From NCBI GenBank assembly GCA_964016885.1, contig OZ024742.1:175832001-175896000 (forward strand): DNA of 64,000 nucleotides. Reading direction: 5' to 3'. Of the stretch, positions 54,501 through 64,000 are shown piece after piece. The notes beneath the pieces were generated by a model. That model ran no database searches. It saw only the letters and a program-made list of their open reading frames with translations, and had not been told where the DNA came from. Position numbers and translations under genes: made by a program. Position 1 is the first letter of the stretch. Every line of letters starts with the position of its first letter. The DNA is from Eledone cirrhosa. Its lineage: Eukaryota.

Positions 54501-55989
54501 TATGGGTTTTGTCATGTGATTTATTATCCTTTTTTTTATATCAAACTGCCTGAAACTATCCCTGGTTCTATGATACCAAACTGTTTACTTTAAAAATGTT
54601 TATATATTTGATTAAGATCCCTTCCATCATTATATTATGCCAGATACTTTTAAGTCATATTCCAAACAGTCATTAAGGAAGTTATATTACAAAATTAACT
54701 TAAAATCATAAGCAGTATTTTTCATTAGAAATATGGTCACAAAATATTTAATGCATTTATATTTATCTAAAAATCTTCCATCATAAACTTTACGTAAAAG
54801 CCTTTATGTTATGTTACGCTTTGAACAACAAATAAATAGCAAGAAAGTAATACAGGTATATCCAAATTATTATTCTCAAAATTAATTGAAAATCATATGC
54901 AGTGCTTTTCATTAGAAATATGGTAAGGAAAGCATTAATAATAAGTGTGGTGTAGCCTCTTTTATTACTGAGTTCATAGTTATTAGTTTTAGACTAGCTT
55001 TTATTGTTGATGTTGCCATTCTTTCCTATTGTTGCTTGAACTACAGAAAATCTTTATTTAGTTTGAATAACACAATTTTGATTGTACAGGAAATAGGAGG
55101 CATTAAAAGATATCTTATAAAACAACAAATGTAAACGAAATGAATGTCTCCTCTTGTACAATTCAAAAGTAAATAAATCAAAATTCTTAATTTCCTTCAC
55201 AGCTTCCAGAGCCCTTACAACTGTTATAAGGGAACATACATTTCCTACACTTAAATACTAATTTTACTTTAACTTCAGATACTGGAATAAAGTTAATGAG
55301 TATTTTACTTTTAATAAATTTCTATACAAGTTGGAGGTCTGTCAGACAAACTGTTACTAAAGATGTTAATAAAGTTCTACTTTACCTTCTGAAATATATA
55401 ATTTTCTTTTTCTTTATTCTTTTACTGCTTCAGTGTTGCAGGGTTACTGCCTTGAGCAGTTTTTATTGATCATATCAACCCCAGTGCTTATTTACTGAAG
55501 TCTGGTACTTATTTTGTCGATCTCTTTGATCTCTCTTTGCTGGACTGCTAAGTTATGAGACAAACACAGACACAAATGTTAGCAAACACACCAACCCACA
55601 CATTCACCTATACACTAATACTATTAGTCAGTATTCTGTAGTCAAAACTTCAGTGAATTTACTAATTCAATTCTCTCTCTATATATATTATATATATTGT
55701 GGTAAAACACTGGGAAGTTATATCTGTAGTAAGTAAAGTATGGTTTGCTAATTTGTTGTAGAACTAACTCTCTCTCTCTCTACAGCAAACCAAAGATGTG
55801 GGTTTGTGTCCCATGTACGTCAAAACTCATCCTTTTTTCCATTCAGAGGGGTTTTTTTAAATCCCAACTAACAGACTAATTTTATTTAGTCAAATACGGC
55901 ATAAGCACATGTTACTACCTAATTTTCAAATTCGGTAGCGGTTTGTAAACAAAGCCTGCTTTGTGTCTCCCTATTTATATATATAAATC

Positions 55990-56152
55990 GAAGACCATGA
56001 AAAACATGGGCGGAGGTGGTGAGAGCAGACCTTAGATCGCTGAAGCTCACGGTGAAGATGATGAAGGACCGTGACAAGTGGAGAGATACTGTGCTGAATA
56101 GGAGCCATCCTACCCTTGCAAGCAGGGAAAAGTGGACGTAAAATGATGATGA

Positions 56153-56186
<34 letters not shown>

Positions 56187-57448
56187 CACTCTACATGACA
56201 TGCTACTCTTCATGACATGCTACATTCATATTTTCCTCTCCTATCAGCCATAACATTTCTCACTTTGTTCTTTTGTGCTGAGTAAGAATCTTCTAGAGAA
56301 AACAAATAAAACCCCACCATGCTATCAAATTCGTTCATTTCCTTCACTACAGGCTTCATAACATGCTACCTTCATATTTTCTTTTCCCGTTGACACCAAC
56401 TCCCATTTTTCTACCTTCTCATCCCCACAAATCACCTAGACCAATCAAAACACAACAGGGAAACATCTTCCTCATTTCAAGCACCGAATCCATAACCTCC
56501 ATGGATCCCTTTGAAGCCACCACAGAATTGCCCACATGCCCATTAAAGTCACCTGCAATGATTATGAAGTCACTGTCACTTATTTGGGAAGTTGTGTGCA
56601 TTAGTTATTCATAGAACCTGTTTTTCAGTCCATCTGACAGTCCAGATTGAGGTTCATATGCGGATATAATTGTTACAGTTGTACTATTTAGTACTAGTCT
56701 AAGTTTGATGATTCTGTCATTCACTTTAATTACAGGGATCAGATGCAGTGTGCAGCAGAGGAGATTGTGTTGGTATGGACATGAGATGCATATGCAGGAT
56801 GACAGCTGTATAAAAAGGTTCAGGGTACTCAAAGTTGATGGAAGCTATGGTGTAGAGAAACTTAGGAAATTTGAGATGAGGTGGTAAAAGCTAACATTGC
56901 ACAATTAGATCTCTTGAAGGTGATGACACAGGATCAATATCTCTGGCATTATGCAGTAATACAAAAGACCTGCCTTCCATTTGCATAGGTTGAAGCATAC
57001 ACCTTGCATGCACTACCTTCCCCTCCCTTTCCATACACCTCCATGATCTAACACACCACCATTGTCCTAACACTCCACTCATGCCCAAACACCCCATTCA
57101 TGTCCCAAAACTCCACCCCTCACACACATCCTTAGATCTACCTCCCCAATCCCTACACACTTCCCCCACCCAAACCTCAGCCCTCTCTCTAAAGTGGTGG
57201 TGATGGAGACATGACAAAAACCATCCAACCCACACTGTAAATTGGTCCTGTAGGCAACATGTTAAAAAGCACCCAGCACACAGTGTAAATGTGGTTGGCA
57301 TTATGAAGGGCATCCAGCTGTAAAAACCAAGCCAAAACCAGTCGTGGATGAGCAAAACATGGTCATCTGACCTGGCTTGTTTCACAATGGGACAACTCGT
57401 CTAATCAATGCTAGCATGGAAAAAATGGACATTAAATAGTGATGATGT
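55990..57448. mobile_element. Cluster of RTE fragments (3' ends on +, APE endonuclease remnant on -)
   Basis: AGDFNGHVG and IISAYEPQ on - (56400-56725); RRLCWYGH and tails on +. Confidence 0.7.
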
Positions 57449-58439
57449 TAATTATATATATATATATATATAATAAGGTTCTGCTCAGCTTCCATTAATC
57501 AAAATGCACTCACAAATTATTTGTCAAGAAGATACTATAGTAGAAGACTGTTTCACAATGAATCATATTGTGGGACTGGACCTGAAACCATATGCATGTT
57601 TGTGTTTGTGTTCTTGTTTACATGTTTGCTTATGCCCAATAACTTAAAGGTTTAACAAAGATATCGATAAAATAAAGAATCTGATTTGAAACCATATGCA
57701 CAGGGATTGATATGATCAATTTAGTCTCTTTAATGCAGTGCACCAGCATGGCCACTATCTAATGATTGAAACCAAGAAAAGAATGAAATAAAAATATATA
57801 ATCTATTATTATCTACTAGTAAGATAATACTTTTTGATATTTCCAGCTTGTAATAATCATTACATAAATATAACTTACTTTTTTACTTACGTGTATGCTA
57901 TTTATTTAGGAATCATTATATGAAAATAGTAGTCATTAGCCCTACTTTCCTTATGGTCTTTCCAACCACTCTGTATTTTATGCTTACATTTAGCTAATGT
58001 GATAGAAAGTAAACAGGATTTTCAGTCTTATATGCCTTGCAGCTAACTCAAGCAGTTCTTTTAGACATAAGTGGAGTAGTAATAGAATATTTCTTTAACC
58101 CATTCTTGACTGTAATCCTAATGGATTTAAATTAATTAATGAAGAATTTTAGCGATTTGCTAAAATTATTTATTCATCTTATTAGTAAGAGAGCAACATA
58201 GTGTATGTTTTTTATATAAATGTATGTTGGAAGATTTAAGTTAAATAGGAACCCTTTAAAATGGTTATTTGTGTTTTTTAAAACCAGAGTTAGTTCCACA
58301 ACTAACCCTAGATGAGCTGAAAATCATCTCAGATTGAAACAGTTTCGTTTTACTAGAAAATATTATCCCCTAAATTTCCCTAATAAATCTGATATTCCAT
58401 GTACTTCTCCATTAAACCATTCATGATTATATTTCTCTA

Positions 58440-58795
58440 TATGTGAAGGTTGAAGAGAAATGAAGCAAGCATGCTCCGATGGATGTGCAATGAACAATCA
58501 AGCATGGACAAGTTGAGAGTGAAACTGTATATAAGAGGGATAAAATGTAGTATGCAGTAGAGAAGACTGCATTGGCATGGCCATGTGATGCACATGGAAG
58601 ATGACCGCGGTGGTAGGAAGACGCAGTAGAGGAAGACCATGAAAAACATGGGTGGAGGTGGTTAGAGCTGACCTTAGATCGCCGAAGCTCACAGAGGAGA
58701 TGATGAGGGACCGTGACAAATGAAGAGATGCTGTGCTGAAGTGGACCTGTTCCATCCTTGCAAGCAGAGAAAAGCGGATGTATGATGATGATGAA
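58440..58795 (+). mobile_element. RTE-type 3' fragment
   Basis: MLRWMC, RLHWHGHV, RGRP.KTW, (GAT)n tail. Confidence 0.7.
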
Positions 58796-61700
58796 GATAG
58801 GCATTTCAATTCACTTTGACCATGCTAAAGAATTTGCAATGATTTAGTAAAATACATCTTTTTTTACTCTTAAACCTTTCATTAGCATATTCCCAATGAA
58901 AGATATTGCATCAGATTTCAATAAAGTTTTAAAAAACAATATCTTTAAGTAGTAAAATAATTAACTTGCATTTTTAATCTGACCTTTGAAACAGAATCTT
59001 TTAAAAATTTTCTGATATAAAATTATGATGGAATATTTAAATTTGAATATCAATACTTTAAAACTAACAGTCTTGTATCATAGAACCTGGAGCTGTTTCA
59101 GCTAATTTGGTATCAGAAGGGTTAAGCTAATGCTTGGAACACAACAAAGTGTCCTTACATAAAATTACATTCAAATTAAATTTTAATTTATACATGAGTA
59201 CTTTAAAAGAGGAAATTTATATAATAGAAATGTTTCAGGTGGGTTGGTATTAAAATGGTTAATTCTACTCATATAAAATACATAATTTTCCATATACTTG
59301 GTAGTATTGACAGTTTCCTATGAAAATTCTCAACTCCATATACACTAACTGCCTTCAATTATTGACTTACAACCAAATTATGTCCTCTCCACTTTCTTAC
59401 ATCCATTACAACAGATTCTACAACTACTAGAAGCTGTCAAACTGTGTCTCACCTAAGTATTTACTTCTCTTATGATTTGCACTGTGTTATATTCTCTTAT
59501 TTTTCAATTATATTACCCTTCGCACTGAGGGTGCTTTATTGCAGTATTAACCCTTTTATTACCATACTTCTGATGAAAGACATCAATTGGCCCGGCTGCT
59601 CTCTCTCTCTCTCTAAATTACCTCCTTCTACATATTCGTTCAATATTTTCGTTTTGTCTATTGACCAGTAATGAAATGTACTTTACAGCTCAAACTTAAG
59701 TAGGTTTAGCTGGCCATCTACGAAGTATTTCATATCTCCTAACATAAAACAGTGTGAAATGAAATATCTTGCTGAAAAACACAATGCACCACTAGTACAA
59801 GAATCTAACACCATCATATGACTATGTGTTCAACACTAATCACAAAGCAGAATGGCTTTACATAGTAATGTGCAATAACAATTTAAATTGAATGGAATGT
59901 ATGAGCATGATGTGATCATCTGATCAGTCAATCTTCAGAGCATAACACATTTAACCCATACCAGCATGGAAAATAGACATTAAATAGAGGCAGTTAATTT
60001 ATATTAACATCTCAATACACACCTTGATTTATTCTAACATCTCTTTTTTAAGACAAATTTATACGGCCAGGTGACCTTAAATGTGCAAACGTTTTTTGTT
60101 GCATCTTATGATAGGCTTACATTTATCTACACTAAATTAAACACATATTGTACATACAAAATTCACATTGTAGCACACCCAAAATGAGGCCCTCATTAAA
60201 GTAAACAGTTGGATCAGCAACTTGGCATTGTCATTAGGACATCAAATAGAAAGTTGTGTATTTGTTCCAGCTTTTTGTGCTCTGAGTTCAAATCTCACAA
60301 AGGAGATTTTGTCAGTGTATAGTCATAGTTTGCCAGAATTATTAGAGCATTGGACTGGATACCTTACAATATATTTCAGTACATGGTATACTAAGTTCAA
60401 ATTCTACCTAGGGATTTAATGTCCAGTATTAATCTTCCAACCACTGGACTATGACTGATAAGTAAAGTTGTGGCAGAGGATTGTGGATGTCTGCTGCTGT
60501 AATCAAACAATGATGTTAATAAAACATTCTTTTGGAACGTTTTAATTTAAATGTAAGCTTGAATTCTTTGCTAAAATGATTAAAGGACATGTGAAATGAC
60601 AGCATAAATGATGATAGTTTAAGGCAGATGAGAGAGAAATTTTACATCTATAGATAATGTTTTCTAACGTTGGTTTACTGAAAGATTCTCAGAGATAGAA
60701 TTTTTTTAAATGATATTTAATAAAAATTAATATATTTTCTTTATGAAGAAATTTTTTCTCAAAACGTATTTTAAGTATATTTATCCCAACATTTTAAATT
60801 TTCTCAATGCTTCTTGTAAGTTTTATTTCATTTAATGTCTTAAGATTAGAGTAATTGTCCTTAAAATATAGGTATAGGCTCCACAATCTTTGGAAAAATG
60901 TATAAGGGTCCTGCAACAAATGTTTAGGAAACACTGCTCGAAAGATCTAGTAAGATATCAAATGTTATATTTGCGAAAGTTTTAAAACCATTTCCCAACT
61001 AGAACTCAGAAGCATAAACATATGTTACTCAGAGATGCAGCAAACTACAAGAAAGATGATATGAATTTTTGAGCTGAGTCAGTGGTTCAATATTAGAAAC
61101 CATGCCAAACATGTAATGTATGAAAAAGATGAGGTCACTCTGAGCTGTCTGGTCTTAGACTGTGAGAACCTATCCAACACTTGCCAGTGTGGAAAGTGGA
61201 TGTAAAATGAGGAAATTAGATATTTTGAATTTAATACCTCTATGTATATCCTTTCACTTCCAAATTCCTTCCAATCACAAGCTGACTTTGATATGTAAAA
61301 TTTGGTGTTTGCTCTGTATGCTAATTTTTTGTGCACAAGGGGCCCAAAAAGTCTAAATCCAGCTCTGCACACACACACACGCACATACACACATAAGTAG
61401 GACTGGCATGAGTCTTTTGCAGGTGACAATCTTTAACTCCTGCAAGTACTCTTTATTTTTTCAGATGAAATGAAGCATTTCACATGAAATGAAGCATTTT
61501 GCTTAAGAACACAATGCACCACTTGTCCAACAAGAAATTCATGACCTTATGTTAGTGAGTTCAACACCTGAATCACTAGTCCACACACCTTCACAATAGT
61601 GTAAAACATTGAAAAGATTAATTCTAACCTTTCAATTTTTAGACAGTTTATTAAACTTAAATTGCTTCTCATGTATGGTTATTTTGTTTGAATATCTTCC

Positions 61701-62926
61701 ATTATGAGTAACTTTGAGTTTGAAATTTTCTTTACAAACAGTCCCACCTGCAAGATTCTATTAAAGATTGGTCTTTGTTTAGAAGTTAGCAGAATGAAAC
61801 ACATCTTAGATAAATGGTATTTATATATAAAAAGTGAAAGAATTTAACATTTCTGGTTTTCTATAGTTATAGTAATTCTAAAATAAGGGTCTTTCTAGAG
61901 CCATTAATATTTAAAAATCTATGAATGAAAACAGGAAAATACAAAAGAGCGATTATTTGGAAAGTTTCTACTGAGAATATAGAAATAACTTCATTATATT
62001 CCATAACCAACCCATACCCTTATCTCACTAAATTTTTCCATCTTTTCTTTCCTTTTCAATCTCAATATGTTCATCAAATTATTCATTATTTTCATAAATT
62101 TCCTTCTATTTTCCCTAGCTTCCCAGAGTTCATTTACAGCAAAACCTCTTATCTTATAGAGAAATGGTTTATCTTTCAGCTTCTATATACAATGCTAAAT
62201 GTCTTTCCTTGTTTATGTATATAAAATATATATTTCAACAAATTTAGCAGTAAATATACAATTTTACAAGAGCAGAATATATTAAAATATCGGTGTTTCT
62301 GGATATTAGTTCTAAAAATGTAGGCAAAACTCAACAAACTTTCATATTAATCCTTATCTCAGTAAATCATTACCATTGGGTTTCAAAGACACCAAGACCA
62401 GTGAAAATAGGAATAAGTATCATTATTATAATTTTATATTTTCCTTCCATACTTGCATGGGTTGAGCAGGCTGGAGCAACCAATCTTGATTGTTATGCAC
62501 CATACAGCACATGCTGGGCATATTTTTCCTATCAACAACACTACCACTTTACAAAGTGGACTGGTGGATTTTATCATAGCACAAATGCAAATACTTTACT
62601 AATAAGAGCAGAGGATTGGTAGAATCGGAGGAGCATTGAACAAAATACTCTGTGGTGCTTAGTTACAATTTTTTATGTTTTTAGTTCAAATCCAACAACG
62701 GTCAACTTTGCTTTTCATCTTACAGGGCTCAATAAAATAAAATACCAGTTAAGTACTATGGTTGATATAATTGACTTTCTCCTTCCCATGAATTGCTAGC
62801 CATGTGCTAATGTTAGAAATAATTATTACTTTTCTAATACCGTCAGTGATATTGTAACATATCTACAGTGGAGCGAAAGTCCTAAAGCAATGTTTTACAG
62901 AGTCATTACTGGAATTTCCATAACAT

Positions 62927-64000
62927 ATGAGGTTTGTCCCCAAAGTAAAGGTACTGATGTTTTATTTAAATGTATATTAGATATACATGAAATTACAAGC
63001 TATCTCCTTCAAGATATAACTCTTGAGAAGCCACACAGTGGTTCCGTTTTTTTTTTATTGATTGTATATGTGTTGGAAATAAATCATTTTCTGTGAAAGT
63101 TCTTAGCTCATCAGTTACAATGTTTTCGTATATTTCTCATAGCCCTAAACTGATGACCCTTCAACATTGTTTTCAACATATGGGAAGAGGTATAAATGAC
63201 TCAGAGCTAGATCTAAGCTGTAGGGAGGATATGGAAAGCGAAATGTTTTTCTTCACCAGAAGTTTTCATATGCCACTCCTCATTTCACCAGAAATTCTCT
63301 GATTGAAGGTGCTGATGAGCAGAAGCATTATTGTGGTGAAGTGCCCAATCTCCTGCAACGTCCTTTCGGACCTGTTTTCGAAGTAATTCCAAGACATCTT
63401 TGGAGAAGATGTGATTAACTATCTGTCCTGTAGGTAAACATTATTTGTGAACAATACCACACCTGTTGAAAAAAATGATAGACATCATTTTCACTCTGGG
63501 TCTGTTCATGCAAGGCGAATTTTTCATGTGCCACTCCACATTTTGCCATTTTGTTTCTATAATACCCATGACTCAACTCCTATTATTATTTTATCCAAGA
63601 TATTTGACTCAATTTTCGAGTATTTTTAGCAAATCCTAACAAATTCCTGTCTAGTTTGCTTTTTGCTCCACAGTCAAGTATTTGGGTACTAGTTTTGCAC
63701 AAAATTTTTGCAGGAGCAAATGGTTTGTTAAAATTCTGTGAACTGCATTTTTATCCAAGCCTGTTTCGTCTGCAATCATCCTAACACTTAAGTGGCAATC
63801 TTTCATCATCACTAAACACACCACTTCCATATTTTGTTCATTTGTTGATATTGGCTTTCCAGAACAAGGTTCAACTTCAACATTTTCTCAGCATTCTTTG
63901 AAAGCTTGTGTCACTTAAATACCTTATTTCTTGATAGTGGCATCTTCATAGGCTTGTGTTAAAGAATTAAATGTTTCGGTGACAGATTTATTAAGTTTCA
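62927..64000 (-). mobile_element. Decayed mariner transposon (runs off the window)
   Basis: TIR-like tatgaggtttgtccccaaagtaaaggtactga; PYSLDLA remnant at ~63205-63226; KS.TETF, VFK.HK, E.EP.SG.P N-terminal remnants at ~63850-64000. Confidence 0.65.

Overview
AT-rich, repeat-dominated animal genomic DNA with no confidently identifiable host gene. The (CAT)n-tailed RTE LINEs, tRNA-SINEs and very long (TA)n tracts resemble an octopus-like cephalopod; that assignment is an inference. The window has two domains. Positions ~1-37 kb are a nest of insertions into (TA)n/(TATACA)n microsatellites: three Naiad-type Penelope-like elements (PLEs; RT + C-terminal GIY-YIG), one Neptune-like PLE 3' end, a DD37D (maT) transposon, a 5'-inverted RTE-like LINE, a ~2.83 kb tandem segmental repeat, and about ten short non-coding fold-back or terminally redundant inserts. 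Reading these inserts by eye gives roughly 15 type I hammerhead ribozyme (HHR) motifs from about 10 unrelated sequence families. They keep the CUGANGA/GAAA/NUH core, but most families have a different palindromic helix III, and several carry a 70-120 nt structured extension of helix II. One fold-back family has no HHR and instead carries an internal tRNA-like Pol III cassette. Positions ~37-64 kb are ordinary, older LINE/SINE/DNA-transposon debris (RTE, CR1-like, Chapaev-like, mariner). Nearly all ORFs in the track made of YIYI/YMYV runs are microsatellite artefacts. All structures and coordinates were derived by eye, not computed.
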